Source: Macrostomum lignano (taxonomy: Eukaryota). From it: a stretch of 64,000 nt of DNA. The notes beneath the pieces were generated by a model. The model made no database searches and had not been told where the DNA came from. It saw nothing but the letters and a program-made list of their open reading frames with translations. Location of the stretch: assembly GCA_002269645.1 (NCBI GenBank), contig NIVC01000691.1, positions 366,216 to 430,215 of the forward strand. Direction: 5' to 3'. A program made the position numbers and the translations under genes. Within the stretch, counting starts at the first letter, position 1, and every line of letters begins with the position of its first letter. Of this stretch, positions 32,822 to 44,877 are shown one piece after another.

Positions 32822-35800
32822 TTTCCAATATACTAAAAATCAAAACTATGTACCTATAGGAACCTTCGCTTAACTTCACTCTACATGGTCGGAATTTCGT
32901 GGGGTTTTCTGCATTCGATGCGTATTGATGACGCGCTGGTACACGAAATTTCGCTAAGAAATTGCTTCATTTTTTCGGGCTTAAATATTCGAAAAACTCG
33001 ATTTTCTCCCTGTTTTTTAAAGTTCAAACAGTTCTTTCCGATTGAGAAGGAGTCTGACTGCCGATGGAATTGTATTGCATCATAACTCAGTGCCAACTAT
33101 AGCATTGGTTCTCTACACTCGCGTGGAGAGCTACAAGCGTTGAAAGGTTGCGCAACACCTTTAAGTTATTGAAATTGAGGGGCGGGTGTCACTATTCAAT
33201 TATTCATGGGCTGGCTTGGTTGTTAATTTCAATGCATCAACTTGCAGGCCTCTCACTGTAGCTAGCGCTGAATGTACACCTTATGAATTTGAATGCTTTA
33301 AAGCAGGAATGTTTAATCGTTGTTTGTGCTTCGAGTTTTTTACTTTCAGAAGAGAGCCTTGTGCCCTTGTATTGCTAGAAAGAGCTTGAAACGCTGAGTT
33401 CGGGAATATAATTTCTTTGCTTAGATTCGAAAAATTGAAAGCACAGCATTAAAAAGAAGATTCCTATGAATTTTACTTTATATACTCATTTTACACTCTC
33501 CAATATCGCAAACCCCTACTTTATCGCAACTCCACAATTCAAGCCAGCGCCATTGAATTTAGATTTAGATTGCGTAACCATATTGGTGACTTTATTTGAA
33601 ACTGATACAGACTGGCTGAGAAATTAGGTCATAACTGCTTCGTATGATTTACTCTGTGCGTGGAGTTTTGAAAGTGTTGAATTATGTACTCGTAAGTGCT
33701 ACAATTTATGTTATCAAAACAATGAGAGATAGCCTAGAGGCAAACAGACTGACCTGCTAATGCAGCGACGTGGGTTCGAATTTTTAAATTGTAGAAGTTT
33801 TTTATTAAAAAAATTAATTTTAAACTTTTTAGCTAAAGAAAACTAAAAAACGTCAGGTAAATCAGGTAGAAGAGAAGCTACGAGTATTCATGTAGTATAT
33901 TCAAATTTTTTTATTAAACTGATATGCCAAGGCTAAGAGGGAATTTCTGAGATATCAAGACGTGAGGGGAATTGCTGAGATTTCAAGACTTACTGGGGGA
34001 ATTACTGAGATATAAGGGCTTACTGAGATAATTACTGAGATGCCAAGGCTTAAGAGTGAATTGCTGAGATGTCAAGGCTTGAAGGGAATTTCTGAGGTGT
34101 CAAGGCTTGGTGGGAATTGCTGAGATGTTAAGTCTTGGGGAAGAATTCTATGGATTGGGGAATCTTTGAACGAGAGATGCTTCTAATGGATATCTCGAGG
34201 AGATTAGGGGATTCTTTGGCCAAAAATTCTATTCATGGGCGGATTATTTGGATGGGAGATTCTTTGGATTCCTTGAATGGGGAATTCTGTTGATGGGATT
34301 ATTTGGACGTGGATTTTTTAACGGGTTTTTTAGATGAGGGTATTCTTTGGCCAATTATTCTTTTGATGGGAGAATCAATGGATAATGTGGATGGAGATTC
34401 TGTGGATGGGGATTATTTGGACGTGGATTTTTTGAACGGGTTTTTTTAGATGAGGGTATTCTTTGGCCAATTATTCTTTTGATGGGAGAATCAAGGGATA
34501 ATGTGGATGGGGATTATTTGGACGTGGATTATTTGCATGGAGATTATTTGGAGGGGGATTCTTTAGATAGGAATGGATGGGGATTGATAGGAGGATTCTT
34601 TGGATAGGGATAAATAGGGGCATTTTTTCGATAGGGATGGATGGGGGATTCTTTGGATATGGATGGGTGGGAGGATTCTTTCGATAGGGATTCTGTGAAT
34701 GAGGGATTCTTTAAATAGGGATTCTTTTGAAGGGGATTCTTTGCATGTGAGATGTTATGGATGGGCAATGCATTGGATGGGAAGTTCTTCAGATAGGAGA
34801 ATTCCTTGAATGGGGAATTCTTTGGATCCGGGATTCTATTGATAGCTGGGTTCTTTGGATGGGGGATTTTTTTATATGGATGGAGGTCGGGGATTTTTTG
34901 GATAGGGATGGATAGGGGATTCTTCGGATCGGGGATTCTATCGATGGGGGTTCTTTGGATGGGGATTCTCTGCATGTAAGATTCTATGGATGGGCAATTC
35001 TTCAGATAGGAGAATTCCTTGAATGGGGAATTCTTTGGATGGGGGATTCTTTAGATGGGGGATTCTTTGGATGGGGATTCTTTAGATGGGGGATTCTTTG
35101 GATGGGGGATTCTTTGGATGGGGGATTCTTTGGATGGGGGATTCTTTGGATGGGGATTCTTTGGATGGGGGATTCTTTGGATGGGGGATTCTTTAGATGG
35201 GGGATTCTTCGGATCGGTGATTCTATCGATGGGAGGTTTTTTGGATGGCGGATTCTTTGCATGTGAGATTCTTTGTATCGTGGATTCTATGGGTGGTGTA
35301 TTCTTTGGATGAGGGATTCTTTGGATGGGAGATTCAGTTGGGTGAAATTTTATTGCGTGGGAAAACTGTGGCTGGAGTTTGGACGGAAAGCCCCAACGGG
35401 AGTTGGAATTGGCTAGCTGAGGAAATTGCTTCACTAATCTTGCAGGAGGTAATTTCTATCAGGGGATGCTTGCTATCGGAAGGACGCTCGCTCTTGGGGG
35501 ATGCTTGCTCGGAAGAGAATTTTAAGATGTCAAGATTTACAGGGGGAATTATTGAGATACATGTATAAAATCTTACCTTGGGGAATTAATGACATGTGAA
35601 GGCTTAAGAGGGACTTGCTGAGATGCCAAGGCTTAAGAGGGAATTGCTGAGGTGTCAAGTCTTGTTGGGGAATTGCTGAGATGCCAAGGCTTAAGAGGGA
35701 GTTCCTGAGATTTCAAGACTTGGGAAGGAGAATTACTCAGATGTCAAGGCTTAGGGGAATTTCTGAGATGTCAAGGCTTGTGGGGGAATCGCTGAGATGT

Positions 35801-37083
35801 GAAGGCTTAAGAGGGAATCGCTGAGATGTCAAGGCTTGTGGGGGAATTGCTGAGGTTTGAAGGCTTAAAAAGGAATTGCTGAGGTCTTAAGTCTCGGGGA
35901 GGGGAATCGCTAAGATGCCAAGGCTTTGGACGGGGAGAAATTGCTAAGATGTCAAGACTTACTGGAGGAATTACTGAGATATGAAGGCTAACTGGGAGAA
36001 TTACTGAGATATGAAGGCTTACTAGGAGAATTACTGAGATATCAAGGCTTGGGGAGGAATTACTGAGATGTCAAGGCTTTTGGCGGGGAGAAATTGGTAA
36101 CATGTCAAGGCTTGCGCCGGAATTGCTTAGATGTCAATGCTTGGGGAAAATTTCTGAGGTGTCGAGGCTTGGGGAATTGCTGAGATGTTAAGTCTTGGGG
36201 GAATTCTATGGATTGATGATTCTTTGGATGAGGGATGCTTCTAATGGATAAATTTGGATAGGTGATTCATTGGGCAATTTCTTCGGTGGGGCATTGTTTT
36301 GGTGGAGGGCTTTTTGAATGGGGGATTCTTTAGATGAATGATTCTTTAGATGGGGGTTATTTGAACGGGGGTTCTTTAGATGAGGGGATTCTGGGATTAT
36401 TTGGCCAATTATTCTTTTGATGTGGGATTATTTCAGGATGTGAATTCTTTGGAGGGGGATTTTTTGGAGGAGGAATTTTTTGGATATGGATGGTTGAGGG
36501 GATTATTTAGATAGAAATGGATGGGGAAATTCTTTGGATAGGGATGAATAGGAGGATTCTTGGGATAGGGACCGATGGGGTATTCTTTAGATAGGGATGG
36601 ATGGGCGATTCTTTGGATAGGGATGGGTGGGGGGATTCTTTGGATAGAGGGTTTCTGTGTATGGGGGATTTCTTGAATAAGGGATTCATTGGACGAGGAA
36701 TTCTTCAGATGGGAGGATTCCTTGAATTGGGAATTCTTCGGATCGGGGATTCTATCAATGGGATGGGATGGGGATGGGACGGGAAGGATTGGTATTCTTT
36801 GCATGTGAGATTCTATGGATGGGCGATTAATTAAATAGGGAATTCTACAGATAGAGGATTCCTTGAATGGGAAATTCTTCGGATCGGGGATTCTGTCGAT
36901 GGGGGTTCCTTGTATGGGGATTCTTTGGATGAGGGTTTTTTGCATGTGAGATTATTTGCATCAGGGATTTTATGGATGAGAGATTCTTTGGATGGGGGGT
37001 TCAGTTGGGTAAATTTCTTTTGCGTGAGAAAACTTTGGTAGGAGTTCTGACGGAAAGCCCCAACGGGGGTTGGAATTGGCTAG
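32822..37083 (+). mobile_element. Non-autonomous Helitron-type unit P1/P2 with two successive 3' termini
   Basis: The 5' end TCCAATATACTAAAAAT (32824) matches that at 37084. A shared 5' segment and a tRNA-like box precede two rounds of 30-bp and 15/16-bp minisatellite. Each round ends in the hairpin GCCCCAACGGG(A/G)G plus GGAATTGGCTAG (CTAG at 35413-35416 and 37080-37083). There is no Rep/helicase ORF. Confidence 0.72.
33920..37000. repeat. Alternating minisatellite arrays A (~30 bp) and B (~15-16 bp)
   Basis: A (GGGAATTGCTGAGATGTCAAGGCTTACT-like) at ~33920-34140 and ~35510-36200. B (GGGGATTCTTTGGAT-like) at ~34140-35330 and ~36200-37000. Confidence 0.93.
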
Positions 37084-37658
37084 TCCAATATACTAAAAAT
37101 GGTCTGTCTGTGTCAAAAAAATGAAAATCTTGTATGTTTGTACGAAATCGATTATCTCCCAAAAGGCTCAACCGATTTTCTTCGAACTTGCACTGTTCGA
37201 TCAGAAATTTTCCCGTGACGGTACATGTGTCTTGGCTAAGAAATTGCTCAATGCTAAAAGGATTAAATATTCGAAAAACATGCTTTTGTGCAAAGGTCAA
37301 GCAAACTTTTCGACTTGAAATGCATTGTAAGAATGCTAGAGAAAAAATTGACTGGTTGAATTCTGATTCTGAAATAGATTGCATCACACCAGGCTTTTTA
37401 TTTATTCACTCTGTGTACTGGCTGAATTTTGACACTGAATTGAATTGCGTCACAGTATTGAAAACGCAGTGTGGAAGCCTAGCACAATACTTGATTTATA
37501 TTGCATAACCATATTGCTAACTTTAATAGAAACTGGTACTGACTTGCCTAAGAAATTGATTATGTCATAACTGCTTCGTGTGACTTATACTCAATTGACT
37601 TGGTGTGAGTGTTGAATTATATAGGTGCTACAAATTCATTTATAATTTCAATAAGAGC

Positions 37659-37711
37659 TAGCCTAGATGTGAACACACTGGACTGCTAATGCAGCAACCT
37701 GGGTTCGAATC
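37659..37711 (+). promoter_or_regulatory. tRNA-His-like Pol III A/B-box remnant inside the Helitron unit (related copies at 33730-33781 + and 40027-40079 -)
   Basis: TAGCCTAGATG...CTGCTAATGCAGCAACCTGGGTTCGAATC. The 3' 21 nt differ at one position from the eukaryotic tRNA-His segment GCAGCAACCTCGGTTCGAATC, as recalled. Confidence 0.6.
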
Positions 37712-38029
37712 TTAGTAGTGTATGAAAAAAAGTAGCATAATTTTTTTCATTGAAAGCTTTTATTAAAGGACTAATTAAAAAGACCTTGATAAGCCAAGGA
37801 TTACTGTGCTTGATAAACCAAGAATTATTGCACTTGATAAACCAAGGATTACTGCGCTTGATAAACAAAGGATTATTGCACTTCATAAACCAAGGATTAC
37901 TGCGCTTGATAAACAAAGGATTATTGCACTTGATAAGCCAAGGATTATTTCACTTGATAAGCCAAGGATTATTGCACTTGATAAACCAAGGATTATTGCA
38001 CTTGATAAGCCAAGGATTATTGCACTTGA

Positions 38030-40631
38030 CTAGCAATCTAGTGCGGCCCCCCTTCGGGGCGCCCAATAAGCAAGGAGCAAAAATAGTTCATGGAAAAAAA
38101 TAAAAAAGCACATTTTCTTAAACACCAATTCCTTCTTCACTTTAAAAAATCACCTTATTAATGTCAAATTGTCATGGACAATGATATTTGCTATGAATCT
38201 CTTTTTCTAAAATTAACAAACAGACAACAGAATATAGCTTTCACAAAGATAACAGACATTCCACCTAAATAGAAAATATTCCCAAGACAGCAAGCATCCC
38301 TCCAGATAGCAAGCACCCTCCTCCAAAAGTAAGCAACCGCAGATAGCAAGCATCTCCCAAATATTGTAGAAGCATCCATCCAGATAGCAAGCATCCACCC
38401 AGGTAGCAAGAATCCACCCAGATAACAAGCATCCACCCAGGTAGCAAGAATCCACCCAGATAGCAAGCATCCACCCAGATAGCAAGCATCCACCCAATAG
38501 CAAGAATCCACCCAGATAGCAAGCATCCTGCACAATGCACATAGCAAGTATCCCCCATATATTGTAGAAGTATCCACCCAGATAGCAAGCATCCTGCACA
38601 TAGCAAGCACCCCCCAGATATTGTAGAAGCATCCACCCAGATAGCAAGCATCCCTGGATAGAAAGAATCCCATACATGTAGCCAAGCTTATCAAGTGCAG
38701 TAATCCTTGGTTTATCAAGTGCAGTAATCCTTGGTTTATCAAGTGCAGTAATCTTTGGTTTATCAAGTGCAGTAATCCTTGGTTTATCAAGTGCAGTAAT
38801 CCTTGGTTTGCCAAGTGCAATAATCCTTGGCTTATCAAGTGCCGTAATCCTTGGCTTATCAAGTGCAGTAATCCTTGGCTTATCAAGTGCAGTAATCCTT
38901 AGCTTATTAAGAGCAATAATTCTTGGCTTATCAAGTGCAGTAATTCTTGGCTTATCAAGCGCAGTAATCCTTGGTTTTTTAAGAGCAATAATCCTTGGCT
39001 TATTAAGAACAATAATCTTTGGTTTATCAAGTGCAATAATCCCTGGCCTATTAAGAGCAATAATCCTTGGTTTATCGAGTGCAGTAATCCTTAACTTATT
39101 AAGAGCAATAATCCTTGGTTTATCAAGCGGAGTAATCCTTGGTTTGCCAAGTGCAATAATCCTTGGCTTATTAAGAGCAATAATACTTGGCTTATTAAGA
39201 GCAATAATCCTTGGTTTATCAAGTGCAGTAATCCTTGGTTTGCCAAGTGCAATAATCCTTAGCTTATTAAGAGCAATAATACTTGGCTTATTAAGAGCAA
39301 TAATTCTTGGTTTATCAAGAGCAGTAATCCTTGGTTTATTAAGAGCAATAATCCTTGGCTTTTTAAGAGCAATAATCCTTGGCTTATCAAGCCCAGTAAT
39401 CCTTGGTTTATTAAGAGCAATAATCCTTGGTTTATCAAGCGCAGTAATCCTTAGCTTATTAAGAGCAAAAATTCTTGGCTTATCAAGTGCAGTAATCCTA
39501 GGCTTATCAAGCGCAGTAATCCTTGGTTTATCAAGTGCAGTAATCCTTGGTTTATCGAGTGCAGTAATCCTTGGTTTGCCAAGTGCTATATTCCTTGGCC
39601 TATTAAGCGCAATAGTCCTTGGTTTATCAAGCGCAGTAATCCTTGGCTTATCAAGTGCAATAATCCTTGGCCTATCAAGTGCAATAATCCTTGGTTTATC
39701 AAGTGCAGTAATCCTTGGCTTATCCAGTGCAATAATCCTTGGTTTATCAAGTGCAATTATCCTTGGTTTATCAAGTGCAATAATTTTTAGTTTATCACAC
39801 ATGTGCAGTAATCTCTGGCTTAATAAGTGCAATAATTCTTGGTTTATCAAGCGCAGTAATCATTGTTTTATCAAGTGCAATATATTTTGGTTTATCAAGT
39901 GCAGTAATCCTTGGTTTATCTAGCACCATAATCCAGGTCTTTTTAATTATTTTTTTAATAAAAGCTTTCAATAAAAAAATTATGCTACTTTTATTCTTTT
40001 ATACACTACTACATGTACATGTATAAGATTCGAACCCAGGTTGCTGCATTAGCAGTCCAGTGTGTTTACATCTAGGCTAGCTCTCATTGAAATTTTATAT
40101 GAATTTGTAGCACTTATAATTCAACACTCACACCAAGTCAATTGAGTAAAAGTTACACAAAGCAGTTATGACACAATCAATTTTTTAGGCAAGTCATACC
40201 AGTCTAAAAAAGTTAGCAATATGGTTACGCAATATAAATCAAGTATTGTGCTATGCTTCCACACTGCGTTTTCAATACTGTGACGTAATTCAGTGTCAAA
40301 ATTCAGCCAGTACATAGACGATAAATAAAGCCTATTGTTATGATGCAATCTATTTCAGAATCAGAATTCAACCAGTCAGTTTTTTTTCTCTAGCATTCTT
40401 ACAATGCATTTCAAGTCAAAAGAGCTGCTTGACCTTTGCAAAAAAGCATGTTTTTCGAATATTTAATCCCTTTAGCATCAAGCAATTTCTTAGCCACGAT
40501 GCATGTACCGTCACGGAAAAATTTCTGATTGAACAGTGCAAGTTCGAACAAAATCGGTTGAGCCGTTTTTGCTAAAATCGATCACACACACACACACACA
40601 TATACCGACAGACCATTTTTAGTATATTGGA
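38030..40631 (-). mobile_element. Non-autonomous Helitron-type unit M3 (2602 bp), same family as P3 but inverted
   Basis: The minus strand starts TCCAATATACTAAAAATGG with a (TG)n microsatellite. It then runs through the shared segment, the tRNA-like box, a 24-bp array, a ~18-19-bp array and a unique segment. It ends GGGCGCCCCGAAGGGGGGCCGCACTAGATTGCTAG followed by T. Confidence 0.85.
38290..39925. repeat. Minisatellite arrays E (~18-19 bp) and D (24 bp) within M3
   Basis: E (CAGATAGCAAGCATCC-like) at ~38290-38680. D (reverse complement of GCACTTGATAAACCAAGGATTATT) at ~38685-39925. Confidence 0.95.
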
Positions 40632-43600
40632 CTAGCCATTTAGCCCTTCGCTGGGGAGCCTTGAAAATGACACCAATTGGTTTTTATTTTGGCACAAGAG
40701 TAACCTTACTATAATCATCCAAAATTTTGATTTCCAATAATCAAAAATTACCTTTTCTCATTTTGGCAGAAATAAATTGTCATTAATCCGAATTTTATTA
40801 GCCAAAAAAGTTTCGTTCATCAGCTCAAAACCCTTTCTAAATCAGCAAATAGAGCTTATCCTTTCAAGCACAAACTCTTGATGCATATCGTCACTGGCCG
40901 GGGCATATTCTGATCCGCAGCAGGAGCTCAATATGCAAATCCCTGACGCCCTTAGACCCTCTCTCTATATTAGCCTAAATCAAAGGATCAAACATTTAAT
41001 AAATGCGCTGGTATTTCCTATTAGCAGAAATCAGCATCACTTGTGTACTTTTTCATTATCTGAATTACATGAGCTACTTGAGCCGTACTACCTGACTATC
41101 TGACAATCGCCCAACAACCTAACACCCCTCAAAAAAATTCAGCCATCGTCCATGAGCCTTGACATCTCAGTAATTTCCACAGTAAGCCTTGACATCTCAG
41201 CAATTTCCCCAGGAAGCCTTGACATCTCAGCAATTCCCCCAGTAAGCCTTGACATCTCAGCATTCCCCCAGTAAGCATTGAGATCTCAGCAATTCCGCCA
41301 GTAAGCCTTGGCATCTCAGCAATTCCCCCAGTAAGCCTTGACATCTCAGCAATTCCCCCAGTAAGCCTTGACACCTCAGCAATTCCCCCAGTAAGCCTTG
41401 AGATCTCAGCAATTCCCCCAGTAAGCCTTGACATCTCAGCATTTCCCCAGTAAGCCTTAACATCTTAGCATTCCCCAGTAAGCCTAATCTTAGCACTTCC
41501 CCAGTAAGCCTAATCTTAGCAATTCCCCCAGTAAGCTCTGAGATCTCAGCAATTCCCTCAGTAAGCCTTGACATCTCAGCAATTCGCCCAGTAAGCTCTG
41601 AGATCTCAGTAAGCATAGAAATCTTAGCAATTCCCAGTAGGACTTGACATTTTAGCAATTCCCAGAAAGCCTTGACACCTCAGCAATTCCTAGTAGGACT
41701 TGACATCTCAGCAATTCCCCCATTAAGCCTCGACATTGCAGCAATTCTCCCAGCGCAGTAATTAGCCTTGACATCCCAACAACCCAACTCCCCTCTCCCA
41801 AGAATTCAGCAATCCCCTTATAAGCCTTGATAACTCAGCTATTCCCCCATGAGCTTTGATATCTTAGCAAGTCTTTAATTGATTGTTGACAGCGGTGATT
41901 CTATGATTGAACCAAAACTGACCCTAAGCCCCCAAACCTACCCATAAGTGAGTCTTGGCATGTTAGCAATTTCCACTATGAGCCTTGAGCCTCAGCATTA
42001 AAGTAACTTCCTCATAAGTTTTGTAATCTGAATTTCACCGAAAGCCTTGACCTATCAGCAATTCCCCGTAGAGCCAAAGCATTTAAGTAATTCGCCCCAA
42101 GAGCCTTTAATCTTAGCAATTCCTCGATGGATCATTGATGGTTGTCACGACGATCGCTCTATAATTTAACCAAAACCATAACCCTTAACCTGTAGTCGAA
42201 TTTCAGCAATTCCCCAATGAGCTTTGGAAATTTTAGCAATTTTCCCATGAGCCTGAAAATTGAGTGACTAACCATTTGAAATCTTGGCACTTGCATTTCA
42301 ACAATTAATTTCAGCAATTTCACAAATGAAACTTGAAATCAAAGCAATTCTCCCCAGAATGACATAATTATAGCAATTCTCCTTTGTCTTGATATCTTAT
42401 AAATCCTTCCATGAGTATTGATATATCACAGCAATTTGCCATACGAGCATTATGCTCGTAGCAATGGTCTTAGCAGTCTTAACAGTCAGCAATTCCCGAT
42501 GAGACTTTTGCTTTCGACAGGGCGCTTTTTTATGATTGACATGATGATTCTTGTTCGTTTTTTCTTGCCTTTGCGTTTTCTTCTCTTTAAAAGAAGTTTA
42601 TATTAAAAAATACAATATTTCACTATAGCTTTCTGCAGTTTAGCAATGGTTCACCAGCAGTTTAGCAATGCAGTTTAGCAATGCTTCACCAGCAGTTTAG
42701 CAATGGTTCACCAGCACTGTTTTGCACAATCAGTGAGCAGATGGCCACTAATCTTTGCATATGGCCATATTGCTTCTGCATAATCGAAACCATTTAAAAT
42801 GTTTTTGCAACTTGCAGGGTAAATTTAATCTCCTTACATATTTATTATTTTATTATATGCGTCGACAGATTAGCACTGCTCTCCCCGATTAGCGCTGCTC
42901 ACCCAGATTAGCAATACCCTTTGTAAATTAGCACTTACAGCAGATGAGCACTGCTCTTGAAGCTTAGCGTAGCCCCAGCGAAAGTATATATAAAATAAAA
43001 TGTTAAAAATTTGCATGAATTCCCATAGGAAACAATGATTATTGTCACAAAGATAAATTCGCTGCTTTAATGTAGACTCGAACTGCCGACCTTCTACTAA
43101 AAACGTTACTATTCTAGAAGTTTAGTAACTTCGCACTTTGAAGTTAACCCCCCCCCCACCCAGAAATCGGCAGTTATCCCCACAACATCCTGAAATTAGC
43201 TATCACTTCTAATCCCACAAACAGACTGCAGTCATACTCTTAGCAGCCTGCAGATATCCACTGTGCCGTCTACAACTTTCATTAACATCAGCAAACTACA
43301 ATACTTCACTCAGCAGTCCGCAGTTATCCACTCAACAACTTGCACTTAATTCTTCACAGCTATTATCCACTTTAAACTCTGTAGATAGTTATCCCCTCAA
43401 CAGTTTGCTGCTATGCACTCATAAGTGTGGAGGAACTACCTCAGCAGTTTGTTCCATTTTTCCCTTTGCAGTCTGCATGAATGATCCCTTTGACAATCTG
43501 CAGTTCCACTCAGCATCTTCTGTTCTCCTTTCCAATAATCTTCCAATCTTCCAATAATCTAAAAATGTGCTCAGCATTTTACGGCTCACTAAACATTTTT

Positions 43601-44877
43601 AAGTACATATCGGCATTCTTAAAAAGCTCAAAATTTAGCAATTTTAAGAAATTTAAGAAATTTTAACAGCATGGTCTGCAGTTTAATAGCAATTTCATAC
43701 AATTTCATACTTTCATGGTGCGAGGCAGTACTCGTTGATGGGATCAGTAATACACGAAGCAGTTTTTTAAAATCAAATTTGATAAGTGGCTTGTGCCAAG
43801 TAGCAAAAATTATTTGCTAATTAATAAAAATTGTTGCAATTAAAATTAATAAAAAATATGTTATATTTAGTCGAGTCACAAGCTACAAATGAATGAATTT
43901 ACTTATTTTAATTATCCACCGGGAGGCGGACTCGAACCTTGGACCTTACGCCTAGCCTAAACCTAGTCCTAGTGCCTACACTGCGGCTATTCCGCCTACT
44001 GATGGAAGGGCGCAAAAATCAGACATATATGCTTCGGCACTGCAGTCAAATACATACCAGTGATAGCCTGCATGCTCAGTGTGCACAGTTTTGGTGCTGG
44101 CAGAGCCATTGCACAGTTAAGTAAATCTCTCAATTTCAATACTTTTAAAATGCACTGGCTGATTTCTCTCTCCCTCCAGAGTGCCTGCGCAATGCTTGGC
44201 ACACTGCCTCCTGCTGAAAAGCTCAGAGTCAGTTTATAGCGAGAATATGCAGTACGCAGTTGTGGCGCAATCATTTAGAATTGTAATTCAGCCAGTCAAG
44301 AATTCAACCCTGCTTGGCCTTCCATTAAAAGCATTTAGATAAACTTGTTTTTCGAATATTTAATACCTTTAGCATTGAAGCAGATTAAAGAAATTTTAGC
44401 TGTCCTCTTTCCAGATAATTACAAAACTTTTGGCCAAAACGCGATCAAAATTGGTCAAGAATTGCAGTCTGTAGAGCGTTACGAAAAACAGATCTTTGAC
44501 GCTTAAAAAGCTCGCTGCTAGCCTCCAGAATAATTTTATTTTTGACCCCTGGTATGGTTGCGCAATTTAAATAGAGTAATTATCTGGGCAGTGGGGCCCA
44601 TTGAGTTTTCTGATCAGTTCGCTCTGGCGCAATCAATTAAAATTGGCAGTGAAGCTTCTCGCTGATAAAATTTGCATTGAAAAAGGCCATTTAAAACAGT
44701 TTTTCGAATATTTAATCCCTTTAGCATTGGAGCAGATTAAAGAAATTTTAACCGTCTTCTTTCCAGACAATTTTGAATCTTTTGGCGAAAACGCGATCAA
44801 AATCGGTGAATAATTGCAGTCTCTAGAGCGTTATGGACATTCAAGCATACAAACCTTAGAGATTTAGTATATTTAGA
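40632..44877 (-). mobile_element. Non-autonomous Helitron-type unit M2 (4246 bp)
   Basis: The minus strand begins TCTAAATATACTAAATC and ends GGCTCCCCAGCGAAGGGCTAAATGGCTAG, joined directly to the TC of M3. It is collinear with M1 and contains a 30-bp array A at ~41140-41720. Confidence 0.85.
43921..43996 (-). promoter_or_regulatory. Second type of tRNA-derived A/B-box remnant inside Helitron units (paralog at 49867-49952)
   Basis: The minus strand reads GGCGGAATAGCCGCAGTG...CCAAGGTTCGAGTCCGCC. The B box GGTTCGAGTCC is intact, but there is no full cloverleaf. Confidence 0.55.

Noticed and set aside
34544-36945. KESPIQRIP, GDSLD and SRLTGGIAE repeat ORFs (also 41129-41658 and 45403-46740)
   Set aside because: They are products of the 15-bp and 30-bp minisatellites.
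38191-39923. Long ORFs of 545, 371 and 231 aa (ALDKPRII, SSAIILGL and DACYLGG repeats), and similar ORFs at 51401-53556
   Set aside because: They are translations of 24-bp and ~18-bp minisatellites. A unit length divisible by three with few routes to a stop keeps frames open on both strands. They lack credible starts and lie inside Helitron units.
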